From positions 1 to 64,000 of the forward strand of contig CDMY01000228.1 in the NCBI GenBank assembly GCA_001179505.1: 64,000 nucleotides of DNA. Reading direction: 5' to 3'. This document shows positions 1 to 12,635 of the stretch, one piece after another. How positions within the stretch are numbered: the stretch's first letter is position 1; each line of letters opens with the position of its first letter. The position numbers and the translations under genes are program-made. The notes beneath the pieces were generated by a model, which saw nothing but the letters and a program-made list of their open reading frames with translations, did not search any database and was not told the origin of the DNA. Origin of the DNA: Vitrella brassicaformis CCMP3155 (lineage: Eukaryota > Protista > Chromerida).

Positions 1-24
1 GGGGGGGGGGGGGGGGGGGGGGGG
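1..24. repeat. poly-G homopolymer run (truncated by window edge)
   Basis: 24 consecutive G at the window start. Confidence 0.95.
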
Positions 25-208
25 TGGCTGGGTGTGCGGAGGGAGGCATGCCTGTGCAGTTAGTTGCGCATGGTTGAATGGCTCACATCCATCGGCTGAC
101 CGGCTGGCTGAGGGCCTCTTTTTCGTTGGGCAGGCAAAGAGGACATGGAGGACACACACGTAGTGGGGGACGTTAAGGCAACGCGCCGTTTTTGGCGCGT
201 GGGGAGGG

Positions 209-256
209 GGAAAGTGGCTGGCTGGCTGGCTGGCCGGCTGGCTGGCTGATTGGCTG
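209..256. repeat. (GGCT)n-type microsatellite; representative of the pervasive intronic/intergenic SSRs ((CA)n, (GA)n, (GGAT)n, (CAGA)n)
   Basis: ggctggctggctggccggctggctggctgattggctgg. Similar SSRs occur in most introns and generate the spurious CVCVCV / HTHTHT ORFs. Confidence 0.85.
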
Positions 257-620
257 GACAGACAGTGTCGAAGCACTGCAATTCATCCGTTCATTCAAGC
301 CACGTGTCTGTCTCAATGCAAAGCGTCTCGTTGACGCACCCGCCCGTGCAACAGGCCTTACACTCGTGTCGGGATGACGCGCACTCGTCAGCTGTACACA
401 ACAAGCGCTTCACATGCCGTGGCTGAGTGGCCCACAGACATACGCACACCAAAAATTGCACCAGCAGGACGCTCACAACAAACACATTTCAACCAACCCT
501 AGCGGCCGACCAGCCACCAAACCACCACCAAAATGCTGTCTATGTATTCCGGCTCAGCTTCTATAACCATAGCAGCTGCTCACATCCACACACATGTATG
601 TAACTCGACTCACTCCCTCA

Positions 621-3600
621 CTATGTGTAGACCATCTCTGCCGTCACGCCCGCAGCGTCCCGATTACTCACGAACCGCACCCATCGCGCCACATAGCCCT
701 CAGGGAGAGCCACCTCCCGCCCCTGAATCCCCGCCGGCACCGTGACCGTCGTGAACTCATCCCACACGCCCGTGCCCGCCACATCCACCTCTATCCGAAC
801 CTCCAGCGGCTGATCTCCTGCGGCTTCATTGCAGGAGAGGCTCAGAGCTTTCTTGTCGTACCCATACATAAGGAACGGGTCTGACGGGACGCCCTTCTGT
901 ACGCTGCTGTCCTTCCAAGGCCCGCCCCGGCCGACCGGCTTGCCCAGCCTCCACAAATCGTCGACCACGCCGAACCACAACGCGCCGCTCGAGCCGTCTT
1001 GCGACGTGACAATGGGCGAGTTGGTGGTGGCGGTGCTCAGCACAAGACCAGAAAGGACGAGCATTCCCCGCCACGAGCAGTAATCATAGATGAGCCGGTT
1101 GTGCGTCGAGATAGGTTTCATAAGCGCAAGTCCCCCAGAGATCTCCCGCGGGACCTCAAAGAAGGTCCCAGCTGCGTTCAAGAGGAACCGCTCCGTCACC
1201 ACCTCGCGAAATCCCCTCCCATACAGGCCGGAAAGCTCCTCTTTCTCCCATAATGGGTCGCCAGCCGGCAGGCGAAAGCGCTCGCCTCTCTGGTTGACGA
1301 GCAGGATCGATCCTTTGTCAATGAGAAAGTCGCGCGGGCCGTCCGGGGACGTCTGGTCTGCCAGTATGCCGCGAAAGGTGCTCACTGCACTTCCTTTGAG
1401 GGACGCCCGCACATCACCGACCTTGGTCAGCTGAGAGAGGGCGGCGGAGTCGTTTTTCCGGAGCAGCTTCATGTCGGCGCCGATCTCGTAATAACTGCTC
1501 CACGGTGGCAGTGAAGGTGGAATGGGGGCTGGTGAGGTGATGGTCCTGCCGGCGTACTCGAGCGTTCTTCTGTTCCCGCCCCGAGGTCGAATGACGCCAT
1601 AGGACATGACGAGACCTTCAGAGGTCAGCACGTCGTTGACCGTCGGGATGGACGCGAAGAGGCCCTCTGTGTCGCTCTGCAGGGCCTCGCGAGTGGCGCT
1701 CGATGCCGAATGATGGAAGAAGACCGTCACGTTGCACCCACCGCACCCCTCCTCGCCGGTGTCCTCATCCCTCACCCGTGCTCGTACCCACTCGCCCTTC
1801 GCTGCAGCATCGAAGATCAGGTGGCCATACCGCCGCCGCTCGGAAGCCTTTTCCACCCGCAGAGTGTCGAGCGCCTCCCATTTGTTGTCGCCGGCCTTGT
1901 CGACTTCGAACGTGAACAGCAAGGCATGGGGCGAGTTGTGGGACACGTGCACCATGCGCCTCTCGTAGCCTGCGAAGAGGAAGGGCACACTCACGCCGTC
2001 CTTTTCGTCTCCTGATGTGGCGAAGTCGAGCGGGTCGGTGGTGGGCGGCTCGTTCAGCCAGACGGCGCCCCCGCCCTCCCTGGGGCCGCCAACCTCTCCG
2101 CTGAGAAGCTTCTGAGGACTGACGAACCAGATGTTGGAGTTGGACTGGCCGACGAGGGGATTCTGGAGCCTGTCCGTCCGACACACAGACACACACGAGC
2201 ACACACCGCGTGGGTACTCTGGTCCCCCAGGTACGCATACATGCACATGCTCACTTGGATGCGTCGTCACAAGCGAAGACGGCCTCGCCATCCATGACAG
2301 TCCAGTCGACGACCATCTTGACGTAGCTCGACAGGGGGCGCAGCCCACCAGATGACTTGGGATGGAACCGGGGCGGGAAGTGCCAGAAGGTGCCGTGCAT
2401 GGTCATCAAGTAAGGCGGGGCTGAGGAAGGAGAGGGAGGCGGGTCACCCAGCGGCCTGATAATGTACAAGAGGCCAATGTCCATGTCACCCAGAGCGACA
2501 TTATATATTGTACCTGATGCGAGGCCACTCGGTGTGCCAGCCGTGTTTGCCATCGTACGTATGGGAGGCCTGGAAAGACATACATACACACACGCACAAA
2601 CACGTGACACACACACACGTGTAAGCGAGAGAGGACGGACTGACTACAACCTCACTGGCCTTAGGCAGTCGGTATGTCCGGTACACACCGATGGGCGTCG
2701 GGTGCTCTGGCTGGACGTCGCGCACTTTAAGGATGACGCTCCTGTGGTCCCAGCCGGTCACCCACACGCCCTCGCCCTCCCCGTAGATGCCGCCTGACGT
2801 CGCCACCTCGGTGAACTGGTGACGCGCAATTACATCAAAGCGCATCGGCGACCCAGCGTCACCCTCGCCCGTCTGTGAGGCCTCGACGAGCACGCCTGCA
2901 GGGCCGGGCACCGTCCTGATGTGGCGTGACCATGGAGAGAGGCAGCAGGCAGTCACACAGGGGTGTGGTGTGATGTGGTGCTGTGTGTACCACTGGCTGT
3001 TTGTGGCATCCGGGCTCTCGCCATTGTTGGCGATGATCAGGCGACCTCCAGATGAGCATGCACCCTGAGTAATCCAAGACAGGCAAAGGAAGACCGACAG
3101 AAGACCTCAGCTCCACAGCACAGCAACAACCGAGCCGCTGTCTGTCTGTGTCCATCAGTCACCTTGGCGTGCCATCCAGGGTACCAAGGTCCAAGCACAG
3201 GCGGGTCAAGCGTGCGGCCATCCTGCAGCAGCCTCGTCACATTCAGCGACCGCACATCAACCGAGTAAAGGCCTTCCTCCATCGACACGAAGAACACATG
3301 TGTCGCCGGCATGCTTAGATGCCGCGCCGTGGCTGTGAGACGCCCAGGCATAATGGCCGGGTCGATGCTCCTCACGGTGCCGTCCTTGGCGATGACGTAC
3401 GGGCCCATGATGAGCTGGTCGGTCTCCCGATGAATGAGCCTGTTGGCGTGTGTGCCGCCGACCGACTCTTTCCGGCGTGTGATGTTGAGGCTCACGTCGA
3501 TCTCATAGAGGCCGTCACTGCTGCCGTGCCACTCGCATGGCGGATATGTCTGAATGAGAGAGAGAACAGAGAGAGGAACAGATGAATAGTCAGTTGTGAT

Positions 3601-3950
3601 GTACATGTGTGCTGTGCTGCCTTATCTCTCTGTCTGTGTGTCCGTACCATGATCCACAGTCGTTCAGCCCAGTTGACGATGCCTCCAATGCCACACTCGC
3701 CATAAGTGTTGTAGACGGCCAGGTGAGGATAAACGCCACTGAAGCGAGGGAAACCGAGGGCCCGTCGGTCCTTTGCAGGGCCGCCTTGCAACCGCCATGG
3801 CTGGATGCTCCCATCCTCCACCTTAATGCTGCCACTTCGACCGCTGAGGGACAGCAGGCCATATCTCGTGATCAGGATGAGAGGCGAGAGGGCGGCGAGG
3901 AGCGCCAGGCAGCCGCGCAGTTGGAAAGGCCAAGGCCACCCGATGCCCAT
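621..3950 (-). CDS. Uncharacterised ~941-aa N-terminally anchored or secreted protein resembling bacterial hypothetical proteins; 7 exons
   Basis: Exons 3950-3648, 3549-3163, 3064-2991, 2915-2660, 2569-2514, 2455-2255, 2169-621 are phase-consistent (2826 nt). Hydrophobic N-terminus (CLALLAALSPLILIT). Motifs SGVYPHLAVYNTYGECGIGG, GGTHANRLIH, YRLPKASHTYDGKHGWHTEWPRIR, LWFGVVDDLWRLGKP. The bacterial resemblance is from memory only. Confidence 0.8.
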
Positions 3951-4197
3951 CGGCCCTTGCTGCTTGGGGCGCGCCTTCTTCAGCGCTCGCTTCAGCGTGG
4001 ACGTTGCTGTTGCAGCTTATTCCTCTTCCGATGGAGTGGTGCGTCAAGGTGATGCGCTCTTACAGAGCGGAGGTTGAAGCTCGCAAATGAAGATCGCTGA
4101 GTCGATATTCGTGCGGCCTTTTGCTCCAAGCCCGAGGCTATTTGCGGCAGGACCTCGACAGCATGAAGGCCACCAATCGCGAGCTCCATCCGATGGT

Positions 4198-7100
4198 TTA
4201 CAGGTGAGAAATCCCGGCAGCGCGTTTGCGTATCCAGTTGCGTATCTGATCTGTGCAGCACTGTGTGTTTGCAGCTGCATCTTGCTGCTGCAGCCCGTGC
4301 TTGCGGTGCTGATTGCGCTGCCCTTCACGGCCTCGCACACCTTGCAAAGCGTCTGCACGTCGCACCCCTACCTGTACGTGTGTGAGCGATGTCCGGGAAA
4401 AAATAAACGCTAAAGCAATCACGGCTTCGATGCCCTCCTTTGCAGGGCGCTGATCTGCTGGGCGGTTTGCGCATCTGTCAACCATGTGCAGATCGAGTAG
4501 GCATTCAGAGAGGAGAGGAGAGAAGGGAAGCAACCACCTGATGACTGGCGTTGCCTTCTGAAACACGGCGGGTCCTTCGTTCCATCGTCCTTGTGGCGAC
4601 GTGTTCCCAAGGGGGCATTGGCTGAGGGCATCGCCTGTGGCATACTCTGCGCTGTGTTCCCAATCCAGAAGGACGGCCAAGGTGGTCAGCCTCGTGCTTC
4701 CAATGTCTTGTCTGTGTCGTGTGATGGTGAGTCTTACGATGTGCTGGTCTGCTTGTCTGGATGTGTCTGCAGCCTTCTCTCCGTTTCTGCTGCTGGTGCT
4801 GGCGCTGGTTTGCGTGCTGACCGCAGTGGCTGGAGCTGCGCTGACGGTCAATAGCCGATCCCTGACAGGTAGCTGAGAATGCACTGAGTTACAGACGAGG
4901 CACATGCGCGACCGTCCCTTGCCTTGTCATGCCTTCCTCCTTACATCAGGCCACGCAGTGCTTCCCTGCTACCTGACACACGGCGTGATGCTGCCATGCA
5001 TTACGACGTTTTACGGCACTCTACTGCTGGTCACACGACTGCTTGGGAATGTGAGGGGAAGTGTGAGGGAAGCAGAGCTTGGAATGCTTCACCTGCGCTC
5101 TCTCTGTGCCCCGTAGTCGGTGTTCCTGCTGCCTCTCCTCCTGACAGGAGCTTTCCTCGGTGCGGGGCCACATCCTTCGCTAGTCTTGGTGTCAACGTGC
5201 GGCGAGTACCATCACATCCCCGTGATCACGTCCGGCACCTCTTGGGTATTCGTCGTCTTCCTGCTGGTGGCGAGCACGGCATAAGAAACCGTTGAGCCAA
5301 CCAGTATTGTAGCAGAGAGAAGACAGACAGCGATCATGGAGTGAGAAGGACGATTGATTGATCGATATCGCTCTTGTCGTTGTCTGACACGTACGTGTCC
5401 ATCCCTTTCTGACTGATGTGTGGCCCAGTCAAGCGTCACATTCAAACCGGCACACACTGTCAGTGACGTCTTAAACCAACAGCTCTCCTCATGGAAGACA
5501 GGGACATTAGCACATGCTGCCTAAGGAGGCCCTCCTGTACCATCTATATGAATGCCCTCGAGAAGGGGAACGAGAAGTAGGGGCACATGTCAGCAACAGA
5601 GCCGTCCGCGTTGTACTTGTCCGGATCGATTGCATGCAGCATGAAAAACTTGACGAATACAATGTGCTCGTACTGCACACATCGCAGACAGAGGAATACA
5701 GACAAATCAAAAGCCAAGGCAACGCATCGTCCATTTGTTGATCGATCGGTACTGACATAATGATAAACTCCAGAAGGCATGTCCAGACCTCGGCCTTCAC
5801 GACACCTGGCTCGTCTTCTGAGCGCAACAGCGGCAGATTGTTGATCCGGACCATCCAGAGCACATGAAGGGTCTCGAAAGCGCCCTCAACCACCAGCAGC
5901 ACGATCAGTCCGGCGATGCCGGTGAAGAAGCTGGCAAGAGAGGCGTCTTTGTCCCATATCTGATTGGTGACCAGAACCATCAGATTGGTAAAGACCAAGA
6001 GCATCATTTCAGTCGTCGACCATCTGCGTGAACCCACAAAGACATAAGGAGAAAGCGTGATAAAGGTGGATCGATTTCATGTGTGTCTCTTACAGCCGGA
6101 TTTGGCTCGAGAGGGCGCGCATGTACCGGGGGCTGACCTCTAACGAGGCAAATGCTGACTGCATGCTGGCAGCTGGAGCAAGAGAAGAGGCCGACCTGCT
6201 GAAGGTCTCGCGCATGGAGAGCACTGTCGTGGTGATTGCTGTGCTTTGACATGTCAAAAAACCATTTCCACTTCTCTTGCCAGAGGCCGCCTTGCCATGC
6301 TGACGGTTGCTCGTCACCGTGTCTTGCCGTGTCTCCCCGAACACGGCTGCGTCTCTAGTGCATCGACCAGACTTGAGAAATCTCCGAACGCCGAGGCATA
6401 GCAAAGCCCCTGCATACGGTAAGTGGATCGATCTCCATGTATGCTGCAGGAAGACATACCGTAAGGAAGAAGTATGTCGGTGATGAGATCAAAGCTAAGG
6501 CAGAGAAACCACATGTGAAGACACATTTGTGCTGGTTGTGGCTTGTTCCAAGAAACGCAGCTTACAATGCGATGGCAACTGAGGAGAGTAGTTTGCTGCT
6601 TAGACTCACCATCTCTGCTTGTATGAGTCTAGGTGTGAGTAGGTAGGGCACCGCAGTCCACGCAACCACAAGCGAGCTCCAAACCGGCGGACCCTCCTGA
6701 AACAATTGATGTGCAGACGAAGAGCATTCCTCATAAACGATCTACAAGAACAATCTACAAGCATACTAGTACTCGTAAGAATCTAATGATCTGGTTGACA
6801 ACGGAGACGACTGGCCAACCAGCGACGACACTCTGCAGAGCAATTTGAGCCTAGCAGGGAAAGCATAAACACACAAATGTCCATGTGTAAGGCATGTATA
6901 GGTGCAGTGGTGGAACGAATGTGTCTTATATACATACTCGCGTACCCTAGCATAGTCGTCTCTAGCTTTGCTGCCTCGAGGCAGGAAGTATCTCACCGAC
7001 AAGGAGGCAAACGCCATTTGGCCGATTAAAACTGCTGTTCCCACCTTCATCGCATAAGCGCGTTTCTTCGCAAAATTTAATGAGCTGGCGGCATGGTAGA

Positions 7101-8087
7101 AAAAAGCGAAGGCAAGAAGATACTTCACCGCCAGAAGCAAGGAGGCAAGAATGTATGTTCCCAAAGGAGGGAGCCACCGCAGGTTGTAAAGCACAGCCTC
7201 TATTATATAGAGCACCGACGTCATGGCAACCAACAGCCAGGACTTGCGCAGCAGAGACGTGTTGCGTCGAAAGCTAGCTCCTTCGACGGCGAACGCCGCT
7301 GCAAGAAACCAAGAACAACAAAGCAACACCTTCCGAATCAGGTCAACTGCAGCGCCCATTATCCTCGACTCGCAGCTGAACCAATACATAAGTAGCATGC
7401 TGATTACTACGGCTGACACACACGAAGCGGCCGCCAGCTGCCGCAGCATCATCTTGCCAATCCGCTGCGTGGTCGACCACAGAGGCTCGGGATTGAAGTG
7501 GGTACCAACGACCACCTCCCTTGTGCTGCCGTCGGGGCCACGAACGGTCTTATAGGCTAACACAGTCGGGTATTCCTCAAAGCTTGCCGGATATCCGGCA
7601 GCCTCTCTGAACCTGCAGTGAGATTATCACATGCACAGCCAGTGTTGTTCGTTGTGATGTGTCCCCTCACGTACTCAGCCACCTAGGCAGCTATCGCCTT
7701 CTCATCCCGACAATGCATGACGTCAGGGGCGCCCTCTCTATCGCCTATTGGCCGGTCGCCTCCCTTGCTGTAGTCGTCAATGGCAATCGCCGTTGTCGTG
7801 TGTGCCGTGGAAGTGGAGAGCATGGATCGGTAGGGCGGAATGCGCCCATGGGCCGGCTCTGCTGTCGTCTGGACGCACTCACCAGCTGCCCCCTTGTTTT
7901 GCTCCGAGTCGATGTCATTCTCGTGATGGTCGCCCAAAGCATCCATTGTTTGCTGCTGTGAGAATCTGATGTCGTCGCCCTCTTCTCCAGATGGCTCGAT
8001 GGCATCGCCAGCCGACGGTGGGAGTGTCGCAGTTCCACGCTCTGGTGAGAGAGGACAGATAAAATGATTCTGGTGCTCCCCAGACAT
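4198..8087 (-). CDS. Multi-exon polytopic membrane protein of unknown family (3' end uncertain)
   Basis: ATG 8087 with a hydrophilic N-terminus. Exon 7612-~6900 has several hydrophobic helices (ASCVSAVVISMLLMYWF, SWLLVAMTSVLYIIEAVLY, GTAVLIGQMAFASLSV). ORF 5507-6037 has more (MMLLVFTNLMVLVTNQIW, FFTGIAGLIVLLVVEG). GT-AG junctions between segments. Confidence 0.5.
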
Positions 8088-8098
8088 GGTGAAGAAGG

Positions 8099-8146
<48 letters not shown>

Positions 8147-8347
8147 CGGGGAGAGAGGGGGGCTGCGGCGATCGCGATCGTTTTTGCAGGGTTTTGTTGC
8201 CCCGCAGCTCGCAACCGCCACTGCCCTGCATCACCCTCCCCCTCCTACCCCCCAAGCTGGTTTGACGCGCGGGGCGTGATCTTTTGCAAACGTGTGCAAT
8301 TCTGCGAATGGGCCGACTTGGCGCAGCCAGGATTCAAAGCGAAGTGG

Positions 8348-10277
8348 ATGGATGTAAGGAGAAAGTCCACAGGTCTGCTGGTGTATCTTCTCTCTACTCT
8401 CTTGCTGTGCTTCCTGCAGGCCAGCTGCCACCAGAATGAACACTGTCGAGCCTCCCACATGCCGTCCTTCCCCCGCCTCGGCTGCCACCGGTGCAGCGTC
8501 ATCGCCCTCATCACCGTCACGGCATTCTTCAACTTCTGCTACTTCCCGCAGCTGGACACTTTGGTGGCCAGAAGGGCCAGCCAACACAGAACACACCACA
8601 TACCTCGTCTTCGCGGCAGAGGGAGGAGACTTCTCAGGGCGGCCAGCAGCAGCAGCAGCAGCAGCAAGGAGACCATCAGAGCCAAGAAGGCGGAAGATCA
8701 GTACGCCATGATGCAGAGAGAGAAGAAGAGGTACCGCACCCTCAGCGCCCTCACAACGCTCTATGACGACTTCGTCCGCAAGAACCGGACCATGCTTGAC
8801 TGGGTGGACGCCGTGGCCAGGGCGCCGAAGTACCCTGAAGGCGCATACGAGGGGCGGGGGATCGTCTACACCACGGCACTTGACGACCGATACCTTGTGG
8901 GCATGCTGCTGAGTGTGTGGATGGTGCGGCAAAGTGGTTGCCATTTGCCAGTGCAGGTCATGTTTGTGGACAGCAAGGCCAAGAGGGAGTCTCACCTGCT
9001 GCCGCAGTGGCTGAGAGAGGAGATGCGGGCTTTGAACATCGAGGCCGTCAGCCTCCCCTTCCCCAACACCTATGACCCTTACCGAGACAAGTTCTCCCGG
9101 TTCGTGGTGAAGCCGCTGACCATCCTGCTGTCAAGGTTTGAGGAGACCCTCTTCATTGACTCCGACAACTTTCCAATACGGAACGTCTGCCGCCTCTTCG
9201 ACCTCAATCTCACCGACCTCGCCATCAAGCAGGAAGCCACAAAGAGGCCAGTGCTCGCCGTCCATCCCGGCCCTCTGCACGCCCACCCCTCTCTCATCGG
9301 CAGGAACCTCCTCGACGCCAATGAAAGCAGTCAGGGGTGGGCGAGACGGCAGACCAAGCTGCCTCTCGCTCGTGACAACCCCGAGCAGCCGTGGCTCACC
9401 GAGCCGTCAGCCATCTTTTGGCCGGACTATTGGTGGTTCCCTCTGGATGCCAACCTGACGATATGGGAGGTGTTTGGTTTGGAGAAGCCGAGAAATGAGT
9501 CGGGGATGGTGTCTCAGGAGAGCGGGCAGCTGTTGGTGAGGAAGAGGGGCTGCTGGAAGCCTCTCGTGCTGACAGGGCTGCTCAACTGGGCCTCCGAGAC
9601 ATTCTACGACTCGATCTATGGCTATGCCCCACTGGGAGCGGGGGATAACGACACATTCATGGTGAGCCACACTACGTCATGTCGCCCCTCGCTGATTGTC
9701 ACAGCATGGAATGGATGGATGCTTCTGTTGGTGGTGGTGGTGCATGCAGATTGCATGGCTGGCGTACGGCTGGCCGTCCGTCTCCTACTACTTTGTGCCC
9801 TGGCCAGCGGGCGTCATCGGCCCAAAGGATCACAAACCCAAAAACGCGGGAAGAGTCGCCGGCAAGGTCATCGCACAGCACGAGCCCGACACCGGCGAGA
9901 TCCTCTTCCTGCACGCCGTATCCCACAAGCTGATCGACGTCCGCACCCAACTGCGCCTCAAGCCAGAGGATAGGCGAGATCTGTGGCCCCTCTACTGCCG
10001 ATTCCTGCGTGCAGACATGGCGGGCGGGCGGGGTGAGAGGGCCGTGTCGGTCGAGGATTTCAGCGTAGGGTTCCCCCACTTCGCCAGGGGGAGCGTGTGT
10101 ATGCATTTGTCTGACGTGGTGGGCGGGAGGGACTTGCAGAGGGAGGTGGGGGCGCATATTGAGGAGATTGTGGGGAAGGTACCTGAGAAGGAGAAACATA
10201 TTGTCGACCTGGGACGGGTGAGGGTCAGAAAGGAGAGGGGGCCGCACGACCCACCAGATTTGGCGCATGTTGGATGA
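8348..10277 (+). CDS. Alpha-mannosyltransferase, Mnn2/Mnn1-like (GT71, Mannosyl_trans3); type II membrane protein; 2 exons
   Basis: Exons 8348-9661 and 9750-10277 (GT-AG, phase 0). N-terminal TM. Family motifs GRGIVYT, FEETLFIDSDNFP (DxD), IFWPDYW, QESGQLLV.K, GDNDTF. Confidence 0.85.
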
Positions 10278-11129
10278 GACGAGTGGGGCTGGCTGCATGT
10301 CTGTGTCCGCGTGTATGTGTGTGTGTGGCTGTCAGCAGCAGCCTTTTGCACTGCATGTGATGTGCCTCATTCATTGACGTGTTCGTGTGGACTCTTGTAC
10401 GTGTCGCGCTGAATACATCGCTTTGTTTGTCACAAATAACAAAGAAAGATGCTCCCCACCCCACCCCACATACACACACGTTGTGGGCGGGAGGCCCAAT
10501 CTATGAAGGATGGATGGATGGTGTGCGAGTGTTGTTTGCGCGATGACCGATTCATGGCACTGCACCACTTTGGCTTTGATGGACCTTACTTGGATTGAGA
10601 CCCTTGGGCAGTGCATGAGTGTCCCTTTACACAGACAAATGTCTCACAGCAACTGCATGGATGAAAGCAACACTGGTTGACCGTATCTCTGCGTATTTCT
10701 CCGTCACACATTCGCGTCCCCTGCTCTATCCAGATGACGGCCATGTGTACGACCGTCCTCTGCATACAGCAGCGGAGACGAACGCGTGACACGGGGAAAC
10801 GCACACAATCACCAACACACACCCACTCTCCATTTGCACAATGACTTCTCACTGGGGGTGAGCAAGTAAGTGCACACCATTGTATGTACATGGAAAGGAC
10901 GATAACGATAAACAGGACGTATGTGTGTACGTATGTGTGTCTGGATCGGTGTCGTCAGTGGCCCTCCCCCCGACCACCGCCAAATGCCCGCTCCAGCCAT
11001 TGGTGGGCATTCGACGATGACAAGGAGGATGCACACTGCCGGCACCCTCCCACGCAACTCACTCATACACACACGCCATTCTCTGCAGCTCACAACCACC
11101 CCCCCGCCCCTCCTTGCCCCTCCGTCTGC

Positions 11130-12390
11130 CTACACACCTCTCCCGCCACCTCCGCTGCTGCCGCCGGTCGCGACGCCCCTCGCGCGGCCTCTCCCCCTCC
11201 CTCCTCCTCTCCCCCGCCCACGAGATGGGCGGCCTTCATCTCTCGTCTGATACCCTTCCTGTGTGCCTTCTCCTCCGTGTGTGATGGCCCTGGGCCTCAC
11301 AGGCATAGGCAGGGGCAGCGACGGCCGCACTGAGGGCTGGGGGGGCCGCAGGGCGCCCGGCTGGGGGTGGGTGGGGGTGCCGTGGTAGACTGCCTCATAC
11401 TGCACCAGTCAGGGAAAGCACCATACAATGGAGAGAGGGGGGAGGGGTGTGAGGTGTGAGTTGTGGTTGGTGAAGGGCTTACGAATTCTGGCATCTCCGC
11501 GAAGGGCACGAAGTCCTCATTGACAGGCCGCCCGGCAGCGCGGCGCTCGGCCTCTGACTCAAACACGGTCTCGTGGTCTGACATGGCACACACCCACAAT
11601 CATCAGACACTCATCGCCACACCACAGACGTGCTCACGCACCTTCCCAGTGTTTGTCGCACGCAATGCAGAGGAACGCCGAAGTGAATGTCGAGCACGGG
11701 CACTTTCGGCATCTGTATGGGCGGTTGGGCATGTGCTCCTCGTGGGTGTGCTTGCACTTGCACTTGGCCCGCCACGTCCGCACATCGAAACCTACACAAG
11801 CGTCGGTGTGCCGTGGGAGAGGAAGTGTGGCGCATTGTTTTGGTGTTGGTTCGGTTCGTGTGGTGCGCACACGCACCTGGTCGTCTGGGCAGCCACCACT
11901 CGCCCACCTCCTCCGGCCGGGTGGGGACGAAGGCGTATGCCTTGCACTCACACATGGTGCAGTGCGGCCACAGCGCACGGGAGTTCTTGAACTCGTGACT
12001 GCTGAGCGGGTGACCGCCTGGACACACACACACACACACACATGGATGGACGCATCTATCTATGCGTCATCAGGCCTGCAGGATTACGGCTCGCTTACAG
12101 AAGCATTTCGAGTGTGGCGCGATGCGAAAGCAGTCGTTGCCCGTGCACGACCGCCACACGGCATACTGCCCCGTCTCTATCGCCGTGTTTGCAGCCGTCC
12201 TCTCGTTCTCCAGCATCACCTGCACAACCGACAACACACCGACACACAGAGAGAGTACTCCAAAGTCCAAACCGGCACGTATTATTCATCACCCTCTCAC
12301 CTTCGCCCCGGGTGCCGGCCCATATTGCCGCACCCCAGCAAGCAGAAACTCCATGTAATCGGCCTCCTCCTGAGTTCTCACTGGCCGCAT
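11130..12390 (-). CDS. FAM221: FAM221 family Cys-rich protein
   Basis: Spliced segments: MRPVRTQEEADYMEF..GPAPGAK; HEFK..CTMCECKAYAFVPTRPEEVGEWWL; WRAKCKCKHTHEEH..CRKCPCSTFTSAFLCIACDKHWE; HETVFESEAERRAAGRPV..FVPFAEMPE. Final exon (to 11130) is less certain. Confidence 0.8.
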
Positions 12391-12635
12391 GGCGCCGCCT
12401 CTCCCTGATGGCCGTCGGGCGGGCGGGCCGCCGCCGCGATAGCGCTGCACAGCGCTGCTTGAAGGTGCTGACTCTGCTGAGCCGGACGGGTCGGCGCTTG
12501 ACGAAGATGATGGAAACGACATCGGAAGCTCAGTCGGCCCTTACTGAGGGGGCCCGGGAACAAAGGGGGAGCTGTGGAAGGTCTGTTGCTCAGGCTCGCA
12601 AGAAAGCTCTCGTATGAAACAATCAGAATTTCGTG

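Noticed and set aside
1-24. Telomeric or functional G-rich tract
   Set aside because: Plain homopolymer at the window edge with no telomere repeat unit; length may be an assembly artefact.
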